From: Daphnia carinata
Lineage: Eukaryota
Length of the DNA stretch: 64,000 bases
Assembly (NCBI RefSeq): GCF_022539665.2
Contig: NC_081333.1
Coordinates: forward strand, 5,456,001 to 5,520,000
Reading direction: 5' to 3'
Made by a program: the position numbers and the translations under genes. The notes beneath the pieces were generated by a model. The model saw only the letters and a program-made list of their open reading frames with translations, was not told the origin of the DNA and ran no database searches. Shown here in pieces: positions 13,083 to 25,649 of the stretch. Every line of letters starts with the position of its first letter. Positions within the stretch are counted from its first letter, which is position 1.

Positions 13083-15457
13083 TATCTGACTTGAATTTAG
13101 CTGACTACAGTCGGAACTCTTTATTCCATGTCATCATGAAATGGCCAAATCTCTACGACGAAAGCGGAAGCGTACCTATCATCATGTTTAATATAAAGAG
13201 GTTTATCGATTTTCTCCAGTCTTCCACCTACAACATAGTAAAGTAACCAATGTTTCGCTAGACCATCCAGCGCAGGCACTCCTGATTCATATGTGTCCAG
13301 ATCAAGGTTTATATAAAATTTTATTTCCGTTTGAATCATGTTGATGTTAGGCCCGAATAAAGATGCATATTTTCATAGCATAAAAAATTAAACGGAACTA
13401 TTTAAATAAATGTTCTTATCTTCATCAAAACGTTTAATTTTTTCCTATCAAACCATTTTGCTGCATACCCTACCAGATAGTAGGAGTTCATACTTTTTTC
13501 TTGCAAGGCGAAATGGAAGACTAATGAAGTGGGAAAATACCACCTTCCACTGGATCAGGATGTGAAAGTATCTGCGAAATTCTGCCATTGCTGCCGTTAA
13601 AAACCCGCTGCAAATAATTGATTTGTAAATTTTTCCGTTAAGAGAAATAAATTAAATAGGTGAATCTATCGCTACCTTTGTTTTTGTTTTGTTATTCCAA
13701 TTTTAGTTTTATGTCTATTATTACCGTAAGTTCTATTAATCACGCCCATTATAGTACACCCACTATCAAGTCCTCCCTCTTCGTTTCCTTCTCCTTGGTT
13801 TTTTGCAGATTTTTTATATTTTTTAAAAGTTCGTTTTCGACTAACCTACTTAACGCTTAGCTATGCCGAAGAATATGATCTCGTCATCAATTTGTAGCTA
13901 CGGCTAAGATTACATAACATTCACTTCATCAAATGATCATCTTAATTCGCGATAGTATTGCGTTTAATTCCCAATAGGAATTACAGTTCGGGAAAACAAT
14001 ACCCACCATCAAACCGTGGCCCATATCAACTGGAATGTCACGTGACTCCTTCATCATCCAGGATTGTTTTATTTCGTACTGTTCTTTTGGATCGTCGGTC
14101 GCGTACGAGATATGTCACCATGCCAGTCCTAAACAAAACATCTGCCATGATATCAACTTTTTGTTGTTCGATGCGGTACGTACCATACGGAATGCAACGT
14201 TGAATAATTTCTTGCTTAGTCTTGATGTCTTCCCGAAGTCTTGCTGTCTTGTTGGGTCTGCATGAATTTCCGTTGCTACTATAATAGATAAGTGTCAAAA
14301 GATGAGGTGTTGCATCTCATCGTCGGTATTACTAAAACTCATCAGCGAATAGTTTGGCCGGGCTCAAAATATGGTTGATTCTGATAAATGATCAGTATTA
14401 AGGAATCTAATTTAGAAACCACAATGACTTCAACCAAGTGACATACTCCACAAGTAAAGTATACACTGTCAAATGTCTTCCATCAAATATGACAGGAACC
14501 TGGTGAACAAGTATCAGTGTTAACCCAAAACTACAAGCATTCAAATTTTGTACAATGCTAACAATGGTATTGCAAGGAGCCCATTATTTTCTGATTTCTT
14601 GACACCACCAGAGTTGCAGCATTAGCTTCCAGTGGCTTATCATATCTCCTAATTTTTTTTTTAGTTTGAATGGGTATGTTTGTCATCACGTTTGACTGTT
14701 CTTCCATTTCATTATTTATTATTCTTCCTACTTGATCTTTATATCTATCGTATCGTTACATATTAATTTGTCCGGTTAACTTAATTCATATGTAATACCT
14801 GTAAGGCAAATAATTGTAATGAAATCTAAACCTTTTGCCTAGCGTTTTTTCTCGGATGTTCGAAGCAAAGGACCACTAAAGTATTGTTTTTCTGTTATAT
14901 GTTTTAACGAAGATGTCTACCCTGTTGAAATTCATAATTAATAAAAACTGCGAATGATAAGCAGACGATATACCTGGGAAATCCATCTTAACTGAATGAA
15001 ACTTGCTTGGCTTCCCGGTATTATTGTTTACTGTTTTTTATCCGTTAAGTTGGGGAAAGTAAAGCTGAGAATGCAAAACATCTTTGCACAAAAATATTCT
15101 ACTTGGCGAGATCTTCTGTAATACTGTCAATCTTTTTTCTACATGATGATGAGCACATACGATCGCCTACCTTTTCATTTCTGTTCAGAAGACCGAATGC
15201 AATGAGTATAGTACCAAAGGACAATTTATTCCCCGTATGCATCTTTTACTATTTTTGATAAAGATGGAATGAAAAATAATTCACAGAAAAACTTCTTGTT
15301 ACATTCAAATCAAATACGTAAAAAGTAGTAATTTTAGCGAAAAGGTGATTATCAGAAAAGTTCGCGCAAGTTTCACTTGTGTTTAGAAAGCTTGATGGGA
15401 TCTCTGTAGTTCGTATAGGCAATTCGTTTCCCGCTTATCATGTTTTACTTTTTGACT

Positions 15458-16232
15458 TAGGGGAGAGTGGAGTCTGTTGTGGCACGTTTTGTTTTTAGGC
15501 TATAACTTCGATAAAAATTACTCGATTTTTCTTTTTGATTGTGTTAACATTTTTCTGCTTCTTCTTGTACCTCCACGTTTTTTTCCTGATTTTAAAAAGA
15601 AATTATGTGCCTTTTACAGGTTTTTAAAATTTTGCGGAAGGAGCCTGTGCTGTTGGGTGAACTGGGACACCAGGGTGGGTGCCATGGGACATCCTCAGCT
15701 TATAAGTATAAAATTCATTTAGCAAATTGTAGAAAATCAGTAGGATTCTACTAAATAAACTCTTTATCTCAGAAGCGTTTTAATTGTTATTCAAATGTAA
15801 ATAAATAATTTTCCTAATAGCATATAAAATTCCTTATTAACAGATAGTGAAAAATGAATGGGCTGGGCTTAGGAACTGATTACTAAAATCGATTATTGGT
15901 TGCTAAAGGTTTGTGAAAACAACACATCGGCTACGTGAGTAATGTTAAATACTTTAAAGAAATTTTGTTTACGACAATGGTTTCAATAACAGGTAATTTT
16001 TAAAAGCGAAAAACGATAAACAGCGGCAAAAATTTTAGGAAAAAAATATTGTTATTCTTTTTCCTCAACAAATTCTGTCGTTTTTGACATAATCGTTGTA
16101 AACTTTTACCCTAAACAGAAAACATGTAGACATATACTGTGTAATTTTTTTTAAATTTTAAATCAATATTTACTATTTTTCCCCCTGCTCTCCCACTTTA
16201 ACCACTATTCCGGCTCAGCTCACCGTCCCCTA
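15458..16232. mobile_element. Putative MITE with TAGGGG...CCCCTA ends
   Basis: Left taggggagagtggag, right caccgtccccta, non-coding AT-rich interior. The TIR is short and imperfect. Confidence 0.4.
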
Positions 16233-17329
16233 ACTATATTTTTAGCCATTCTATAAAAAACAACATGATCTTCATAGAATTTTGGAACAGTATGCAGTCT
16301 GGCGTTTCATAATGAAAAGTTTTCTGTTACAATAAATAGTCACACATTTATATTTGTCGTTTTCCGTATTTCATTCAGTTGACGTCATGGCTAGATAAGT
16401 GCGAATTTCCTCATACTCCAAAATATTGTGAGAATAAACATTGTTGATATTTCTTTTACTTATTAACTAAACAATATACGGCTAAGTTTCTCTATAGGAT
16501 GGAATTTATTGAATCGCATATTTTAAAAGCCGAAAAATAAAATTCGTCATCCAAGATTGGCTGTACATCATAAATATTTTTATCCACTTCATCAAAGCCG
16601 TTCTCATCCACGGTGTCCTCTTTATGATCCTTATCGCTTTCATTGCTTATCCCATTCACGGCTTGCATCGCTATGACTGCGCGTATCACCATCATTAATA
16701 CTTTCCTCATCATCATCGTTAAACTTGCAGAAGGCACCTAATTTTTTTTTTAAATATAAGTGATGGATCCTGTGAAATTCCTCCTAAACTTTTTCCCACA
16801 TCACATTGTCACTGCTGCAATGTATGTATCTCCTACGATAAAAAAAACCACTTTCCCATCGCTCAACTGGTCCATTTTCGTTCGATTTAAGAGTCTTCTG
16901 TATTTCTCCCTATAGTTGTTTTGTTTTGCTACCGAAATGTTTACATGAATTTTTCGTTTCAGTTAACAGAAGTGGCAGCTCTTCGACAACCGTTTTACAG
17001 AGCTTCCAGCAGTCTACTTCCAGCAGTCTACTATGAAGTAGTTCTTTCTGAAAGACACTATAGAAAACTAGAAACTGTAATTGGAATAAAAAATAATCAA
17101 TTACTACGTTCATATGGGGGTTCCCATGGAAAAGCACCCTCACTCACATCTTTCAACGACAGCTTTTTCTGGTCTGCAAGTAAGCTCGCCTTTATTACTG
17201 CCAAATGCTATTCAGCTTTTATTTCTTCCTTTTTCAACTGCTATCTGAAATGCGCCCTTTGCTTCCATGAATGGCAAAAGTACAGGTGCAGTGAATTTGA
17301 ACCGCTATGTGTGTGTAAAAGTATCTTTT

Positions 17330-19861
17330 GCACTCGAGATTTCCCTTTGTATTTTTTCGAGAATTCCCTTCAACCAATCAACTTCAATGAATTAACTTTC
17401 AGCGAGATGGAAAAATGGACAACCTCGCTCACGACAAGTTTAAGACAAATAGCAGATTGCCGCATCGGGAGCAACGCTATTATCACCATCTATCCAAAGC
17501 AGCAAGGCCTCCTATTAAACCTAAACAAAGTGGGGGGGGGGGTGGAATTACAAGAGTAACCACTTCAAAAAATGAAATGACCTGCTAAACAACCAAGGTG
17601 TATTAAAAGCCGAAAGTTTTCGAAAGAGACACACAGACGGAACATTTGGGGACACCTCGGCAGTGCTCTTCACCAACAATTCCTATGAACTCCCACCAGA
17701 AGTGAAATTAGCAGGCAGAGTCTTCGTCCAGAAAAAAACAAAAACCAGACCGTACCAATGTACAAACTGCTTGGCCCTTGGACACAGGGAAAGAAACTAC
17801 AATGCAAACCGAAGATGAAAAAGATGCGGCATGGGCCACTACCAATTGCCAATGTGCACAAAGGAAAAAAATGCACGAATTGCGCGAACACCGATCACGA
17901 GGTAGACGACTCCAGGTGCCCATCAATCATTACAAGGATCTTAATCTTGGAAAAAGCAAGAAAAAAAATATTCCGTTCCATGTGGCTGCAAAAATAGTAT
18001 AAAAAGAAATTGAACTAAACGCAAAAATCCTCCAAATCCTCCAAACCATCATCATCGCAAAGTACAACAGCAAAACAGCAAACATGGAAACGAGAATTAA
18101 AAACCTAGAAAATGAACTAGACGAAGTTAAAATCGACATAAAACAACTACAAGAAATACGAAAAAAGGTCAAAAAGAAGAGCAGCAGCACCTGGAGGAAA
18201 TAAAGAATATGCTGCTTAATATGCAAAACCTACACAAATGCAACATTCTACCAAGGCAAAGACAAAATGGCAAAATAGAGAGCTAAAAATGCCAACAGAC
18301 CAAATGGAACGCATGGAAGAGTCCGACTTCGACGAGGTCATGCATGTCAGTTCGCTACCATACACAACGACCAACTTCCTAACACTACCAGATAATAGCC
18401 TGGAAACGCAAGATCCCCACGGGATTACACAACCCGGTGAAAACTACCAGAGAGGGTGGAAAGATGGAAAGGATCTTCTCACAAGCAAAAATGTCTTGCA
18501 CCTGACAAACTGAGCCTCATCTAGTGGAACGCGAACGGACTACGCAACAGCAAAAAAGATATACTAGCATGAAAGTTACATGAACTGAACCCAGATGCAG
18601 TGCTACTTAGCGAAACCCTGCTTGTAAAAAAATACAAAATTTTCAATGAAAAACTATGATGTGCTCAGTAAAACCAGACTATGAGAACGAGGCGGTGTAG
18701 CAATACTGTATCGAAAGAAAATGATCCGTAATAAGATACATACTAACAATTCGGCAAACCTAGGAGCCATGGGAGCATCCTTCTCTATTCGCCGCAACAC
18801 AGCAAGTTCCCCAGATCAACATTTTCTCAGTCTATCGCCCAAAAGGCAACTTGTACTTTATAAAGAAGATGGACAGCTAGACCCACACATATAAAAAAAG
18901 TGGCATGAAGAAATCCATAGATCCTTGCAGAATATAGAAGAAAAAATTCCAGCCACAAAGATCTACGGAAAATATACGAAGCTGTCGAAAAAGCGTCAGA
19001 CAAACACCTTCGACCGCCCAGAGCAGCCACAAGGGCTGAACCAAGGAAACCATGACCATGACAACAAGGGCTGAACCATGGTGGAACCAAGAGTGCCAAA
19101 AAGCACGCAACCTAATCCTAAAGGCCTGGAGAATGTGGAAAACACACAAGCTCTCAGAGCTCAAAACCCTTCTCAACAAAAAAGCAAACCAAAGAAAAAG
19201 CTGGAAGAAGTTCAAAAATTCTCACGTTAAAAAATGCAAAAAAACGTTTGGCAGTTCATGGGCAGAATGAACGGGAAGAAAGCGGGAATCAGCACCATAG
19301 ACTTTCGAACTGGCAACAAAGTAGTCACCACAGGCTCCAAGAAGATCGCAGAAACCTTGGTGAATTACTTCACGGCAACTGGTGACAGAGCAATGTTCGA
19401 ACTGCAAACAAAGAGAAAGACATATGATCGGAGGAAATTTCAAGAATACTCGAAACAGAAGATCTGCATCCACTAGACAGACCCACTACACCCCAAAAAT
19501 TCTAAAGAGCAATAAGTAATCCCCCAGCCCCAGGAAAAGACTGAGTGACTAACCAAATGATAAGATTAAGCTGAAGGAATAGTAGGCCTACCTAAACAAT
19601 GGAAAGAGGCAGTAGTTATTTGCATGTTCAAGAAGAGGAAACCAAAACACTTACCATTATCATACAGACCCATCTCACTCACGTCATGTATAGGAAAACC
19701 AATGGAAAAGATGGTCAATGAACGAATCATATGGTTTCTTGAAAAGCAAAGCTTTATCCCATGGTACCAATCTGGATTCAGAAAAACAAGATGCACAGCA
19801 GGCAACCTAATCAGATTGGAAACAGAAATTAAACAGGGCTTCTCGAAAAACCAAAATACTT
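17330..19861 (+). mobile_element. Degenerate non-LTR retrotransposon (I/Nimb-like LINE): gag-like ORF1 and EN-RT ORF2, truncated
   Basis: Zinc-knuckle remnants CTNCLALGH...C.RCGMGH...CTNCANTDHEVDDSRCP (17758-17925). APE start WNANGLRN (~18525). RT motifs WKEAVV...K.K....LSYRPISLTSCIGKPMEKMVNERIIWFLEK....PWYQSGFRK (19600-19850). Many frameshifts and stops; cut at 19862 by an EnSpm terminus. Confidence 0.9.
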
Positions 19862-21356
19862 CCCAGACGGCTCAAAACATACCGTGGGAGCTGCTGTGCA
19901 GTATTTCTGTGGGAGTGACGAGACATCCTAAGGAATGCCTATAATCATCTATAAATGGATCCTTGTCAGCTCCCGGTGTCACTCCTGACAAACTCCATTT
20001 GAGCCCCCGCCTCCGCAACCCTTCCAGAAACCACTTATATGAATTTTGTCTTCACCCCTTTATTTCGAAATATTATTTTGCATGCTACCCTCTATAAGAA
20101 ATAACCATAAACAAATCCAGCATTTTCAACTGTTTTTTTATTCGCCAAATTTGTATATAAATCTTTTAAACAATAAATATTGCAAGTTGAATTTTTTTTA
20201 TGTTTATATTCTTATCTTGCCAGGATTAGCACACAGTAACAAACCTATTCAAAATTAACATAGTTGAATTAGACATTTGGATGAAAAACTTATTCATGTT
20301 ACTTTTTCGATCACGAATTCGATTTTGGCCTCTTCGGTCGCATGTCTCCTGAGAATATCGAAACCATTCGCGAATATAAAATTGAATATGGTCATCCAAT
20401 TTTTTTTTCAATCTGAAGACGGGTATGTACCAGTTTTTGTGAATAAATTTTGATTAAGGGTAGTAGTGTATGTGTATAAAATTCCGTACTAAATATGGCA
20501 GTATTTATGTTTTATAGCTCGTTGAAACTTTTTTTGCCTTTTTTCTAATTTTTTCCAGTCCACGTGAATGAAGCGCAGATTTGATCTGTGAAAATTTTCC
20601 CCATGATCCCATAAACCATATCACTGAGAGATCTTCCCCCTCTTCTTAATAACACCTGCATCTAAAAATTATTTTCCAATTTATAAAAAAAATAACAACT
20701 TTTTATAACTTTTTACATGTATACTTACAAGTTTTTGCAGCATAGAACACACTTCCAATGCTTTTTCTAGTTCTTTCCCTTCTCCAATACTTTCCAGTGG
20801 CAAAGCAAAAATTTCTTCCGGACAATCGGCTTCTTCCACGTTGCAAACACAACCAATCAGTCTTTCAGCCTCCAGGCCGTCGATTTTTTTTCATTAATTG
20901 TTTCATCAGAATTTTCACAAATTCAAGGGACCTGTTCGTGTAAGACTTAAGTTCTAAAAAGGTAAAAACGTTTATATTAAATTTAAAAATGATTCTAATT
21001 CAATCATTATATGTTGTTGTGACCAAACTTACGATGTTCCTTTTACAGCCTGTTGAGGAGTTTGTAGTGCGTTTGAGGAGCGGGTATCCAGCTGCATAGA
21101 GACAGTGGTACCCCCCGTCACAAGTACCTAGAGGTTTTGACGACCAACCCGAAAAAACGACAGACCTACCCCGACAGACCTACCGTTACAGAAAGCGTTA
21201 CCGAAATCATTTCCTGTTAGACCTACCCCGACATACCAACCCATGAAAAGAAACTGAATAATGCTTCAGTCACAACTACCCCGTTAATAATTTATTTTTA
21301 AAAAGCCGTTTCATCTACCCATTTGTTTTACTGATAGCGGCAAGCCTACCCCTTCG

Positions 21357-21663
21357 CTGAACACTAATCGACATGTGTACTTCTCGGATTAATACAGTCC
21401 GACATATCTACCCGTTCGATTAATACAGTCCGACACACCTACCCCTTTGATTAATACAGTCCGACATACCTTCTTTTTCGATTAATGCAGTCCGATATAC
21501 CAACTCCTTCGCAGGAAATTGACCGACACACCTACCCTTCCTTTAATACACCCCGACACCACCTCTTCGTATAAAACTGTCCGACATTCCTACCCCTTCG
21601 TATTAAGTATCCGACTTACCTACCTCTTCGTTTAATAGAGCCCGACGCACCTACTTCTTTGTT
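21357..21663 (+). repeat. Tandem array of ~31-bp units (subterminal repeats of the 21111-25254 element)
   Basis: About 9-10 diverged copies of gattaatacagtccgaca(t/c)acctacccyttc. The core cgaca.acctacccc also occurs at 21158-21235. Confidence 0.85.
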
Positions 21664-22599
21664 ACAGGACTTTCTAAAAATGTATTTAGACTGGCTTTAG
21701 TCTACCTCTGATAAGCAGCATCCATTTTTTATCTTTTTGCTCGTAAGAAGATAAGATGAGGAGACAAGATGATTCCGCTTACCCTACTGTTTGCATTATT
21801 TATACAGCTTTAACATTTTTATAATACTATGAAGTAGATTACAAATATTCAATGAAGAATTTTCCTATCTAGTTTCTATTCTGGTCACCGTCTAGATACT
21901 GCAGTTTATTGCTTCGAAACATTAAATATTAATGACCTAATTTTTCTGTTTCTACTAGCCTATACTACTCTAGCCTATAGAAGGCGGAAGAGGCAAAGAA
22001 GGTAGAGGAGGTGATGGGGACTCCTCCTGTTGTCGAATGTTTGTTTCCCTTTCCTGGCATTCCTAAGACTTCTTTTATTCCTTTCTGAATTTGTTGTCGA
22101 AATGTCTTCCATCTCTAAAGCCGACTTGCATTACGCTTTTCTTCTTGCATTATCAGAGCTACAAATTATTTTAAACAAAAAGCAACAACAAACAAATTTT
22201 GAAAAAAATCAATAAGGATTGGAAAATAGGTTTGCAATGTAATCTAAAGACGAAACCCATACCGAAGCCTTTCCTAACACGGACTGGATGTTTTCCCATT
22301 TTCCCCTATATGACTCGTACCCTAATTCTATGAATTCTTTTAAATCATTGTATTTGGGGGCCACAAACAGACTTTGCCGTCAAACCATGAAATGAATACC
22401 GTTGCAACCCGTGGGTCGTTTTTACCTTCCAATATCAGAAAATTCTCCCCAAAGAAACAAATACTGGATTTTGGACTGGTAAAAGTAACCTACCATTCAT
22501 AATTATATCCATCTTATAACTACTGTGCTTACGTTTTTTAATTAGTTTCAATTTTCGAAATTTTTATTTATAAGAACTACTTGAATCGAAAGAACAAAA

Positions 22600-22945
22600 A
22601 AAACCAGGTAAAGTTGCGGCTCCGCGGGGCCACCGGAACCATTGATCCAGCTGGATTATCTCCTAAGCATTCCTTTAGTCACGGTAAGCTTTGTTTTAGT
22701 CGGCTTGACTGTGTACCATCATCCCGATCGCCCGAACGTCCATCTACCACCTCCAGCGCCAGGGGCGAGCAGACCGCCATCCTGACCACCCAGAGTTTTG
22801 CATGACTGTATTCCGCCAAATCATGTTTCCATGAACGCCAAGGAAAAACTTCAGCACTTTATTTCAAGGTACCGAGTACCCGACGCGGGGATTGAACCCT
22901 AGGTTGGTTTGTGGAAGAGTATCGTAATCAAATTTGCTACGTAGT
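22600..22945 (-). mobile_element. Putative tRNA-derived SINE
   Basis: Minus strand has a B-box GGTTCAATCCCC (~22886-22900) after a degenerate A-box-like segment, a GC-rich body, and a 3' end ...ggttccggtggccccgcggagccgcaactttacc. Confidence 0.5.
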
Positions 22946-25649
22946 AGCCTACTCTTCGATTGAAACCACTTACGAAGTTCCTAGCCTGTACGATGCCGCA
23001 TGCGTGTGTTTTAAAGTGGTCCACATAATTTGTTTCGATTTAATCGCTCATTAGGTGTATTCCTTACGGTCTGGCACCAATGTAAGTATTGGCACATTCT
23101 GCTAGTGTTATTAAATGTTTCACACAATTTGTTTCGATTTTATCGATTTTTAAGCTCACAACGTTGATTTTACCTATTTATTTGCAAAATCCTATACCCT
23201 ATTATTGTCGAATGCAAATCATTGTGCGTAGCACATTCCATCGGGTAGTGCGTAAAACTGACAACATATCGTGTAAATGTTCACATTTCAATGCAAGGCT
23301 TAAAGTGAATTTCAAAAAATATATAATTTGGCATAAGAACATCGATAACCTTTTGCGATATATATCGTAATATTCAAGGCAAACACCGATACTCGACATC
23401 ACTCAGAAAAACTACAATTGTTTTTCGCGGCACCGCATATTTATTTATCATGTTAAATTTTAGTACCATAAATTCAAATACCAGCATGGATAAACATTCA
23501 AAAAAACCGTTACGGAAAAAATGTAAAAGCAAAAATTAGAATAAAGTATTTGATGTATAATTGAAACAAGAGTAAATTATGAAAGAAACCGTAGTCAACT
23601 TCACGTACATGAAATTTGGCAGGGCTTTTTATGGTTAATGGGCGCTCAAAGAAGGTCTGATTTCTGAAACATGGCAGCAATGCACCCTTAAGTCAGTGAC
23701 GTAGCAAGTAATTAGCGTCTGCTTTGAACAACAATGGGCCCTTTAGCTCAACAGAAGCCAGTGAAAGAATTCAGATTTAAAGAAGGTTGATTTTAAAAAC
23801 AGAATAGAAAATAGAAATAAACTTTATAAGGTATATATAATGTGTCACAATATATAAGATGAAAGAGAACTATATTTTCACGAACTGTTTATATAAGAAA
23901 ATAAAAAGTTTGAAAGGAGAAATCAAGGATCAACATAATAAATACCTTACACATCATGCTTGCTGAAATAAAAAAGTAGACTTATTTCAAATATCTTAAT
24001 CAATTACTGCGTAATTTCAAATTAACAAGGGTTAAATTATATTGTGGGTGAGTAGGTGCCTGAATACTGAGTTAAAGTACAATTAACAAGCCCTGTGAGC
24101 AATAGGAACTTATAAATTTGCATTGAACTGCATTATAGTACAATAATTCCATACAATTCTCATTCTGTTAATTAATTCTGTTTACTCATTGAGTAAAAGG
24201 AAAGAAACAGATAAAAGGTTTGTCTACTCTTGTTGCCTAACCTTCAGGACACAAACCAGAAAGATCAATATGTGAAAGCAAGCTGTCTAATGCCAATACA
24301 TCAGGCAAGGGAACAGACACAATCATCCATAACATCATGTCATGGTAAGTCCTATAAAAACAATTAGTAATGATGGTAGTCATCAAAAATTCATCTGTTG
24401 ACACTGAAGCGGTACTAAAATAGCAACAAATGTTATCCCCAGTTATACTGTTTGAAATTGTAGGCCAGTAATATCAAGTTGGATTATACATTTAACAATA
24501 GAATAGATGTGTCATCACCCACAATTCTAACTTGTATTACTAAAGCAAATTTTACTATCCATTTCAACTTTCAGAAAAACCATCTAAAAGACACTGCTGC
24601 TCACACTGCTGCACATAATCTTTGTGGTGTATACAGTTATAATAAGTATCGTAGATAATATGATAATAAGTGAAGGAATGATAATTAAAAGTAAAAAGTT
24701 TCAGATGTAATGCAAACTGGTAAAGAACAGAAGACAATACAGCTTTCCGCTGTATTGTGTTGGTAGGAAGGTATAGGTGTAGAAGATGGCTTGTCTTCCG
24801 GCTCGTTTTTCTGAGGGTTGTACAAGTTAGAATTCTGAGTTATTATTTGAAGGGTAGTCGCGGCAACACAATTATTGTCGTTCTGCGACAGAAAATCATA
24901 TCCAACGTTTCTCCTATAAGTCGGCTATCATTTCTCCTGCCCACAATTCCCAAACGAACCAAAAGACATGAGTAGTTTCGTTCGTCATTTCAAGGTAACG
25001 AACAATAGTATGGAGACGGTAACCTGAATAAGAATTTTCTAGGAACTTTCTTCGTTGAATACTCTCCAGCCTGTCTTTGTAAACCCCTTCATAGCATCAC
25101 AATATTGTTAAAGCTGATCAAATAATACAAGCAGTAGGGTATTTTACATGGAAGTAATATCATCTTGTTTCACTACCTTATCTGCTGACAGGACAAAACA
25201 TTGTCGTTTTTTGGGGTACGTTTGTCGACACTTCTAGGTATTTGTGACGGAGGGTAGCACTGTCCTCATGCCTTCCGTATCCTCTCCTTAACCATAGAGG
25301 AATCTTCCTTACATTTTTCACTCTTTCTTTTCCGAATCTGAGTATTTTCACATCAACTTGGCCTTTTCGGAATGATAAATAATGTTGGACTTTCATTCTC
25401 ACTGAAGCTAGCATCGGCATAGTCATCGAGCTCATTTGCTTGACGACTACGGTAACTTTCCCTTACTGGGCCTCCTGCACCTCTTTCCTTTTCAATCTTT
25501 TCGTAACCAACGAGGCCAAAAAAAATTTACAAAATTTAATTAGATACCGTAGGGTATTTAGAGAAGTTAAGAAAAGAAAGACAAGGTAAGAAATAAAGTA
25601 CATGTAAGCAGCTGGTGAAAGAGTTAGATATATGAAATATTTTACAGGT

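Larger units (their letters stand above)
21111..25254. mobile_element. 4.1-kb non-autonomous CMC/EnSpm-type element, CCC termini, TA TSD
   Basis: Left ccccccgtcacaagtacctagagg...aaaaaacgaca versus right-end reverse complement ccctccgtcacaaatacctagaag...aaaaaacgaca. TA on both flanks (21109-21110, 25255-25256). Carries a subterminal repeat array. Confidence 0.88.
20250..25520 (-). pseudogene. Second ORF of the EnSpm element (DUF4806/BEN-like accessory protein), intron-containing, split by the 21111-25254 insertion
   Basis: Minus-strand fragments YGIMGKIFTDQICASFTWTGK and IREWFRYSQETCDRRG resemble DUF4806. Removing the insertion rejoins RHEDSA|TTVSMQLDTRSSNALQTPQQAVKGT, which ends at a GTAAGT donor (~21032). 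Confidence 0.6.

Noticed and set aside
16921..17559. 212-aa ORF as a host gene
   Set aside because: Non-ATG start and no recognisable domain; its 3' part runs into the decayed LINE ORF1.
21357..21663. CRISPR-like look of the ~31-bp array
   Set aside because: The units are contiguous diverged tandem repeats with no unique spacers, there are no cas genes, the context is eukaryotic, and the array lies in a transposon subterminal region.
22870..22945. Functional tRNA gene
   Set aside because: Only a B-box/T-arm-like motif is visible, with no convincing cloverleaf or acceptor stem.
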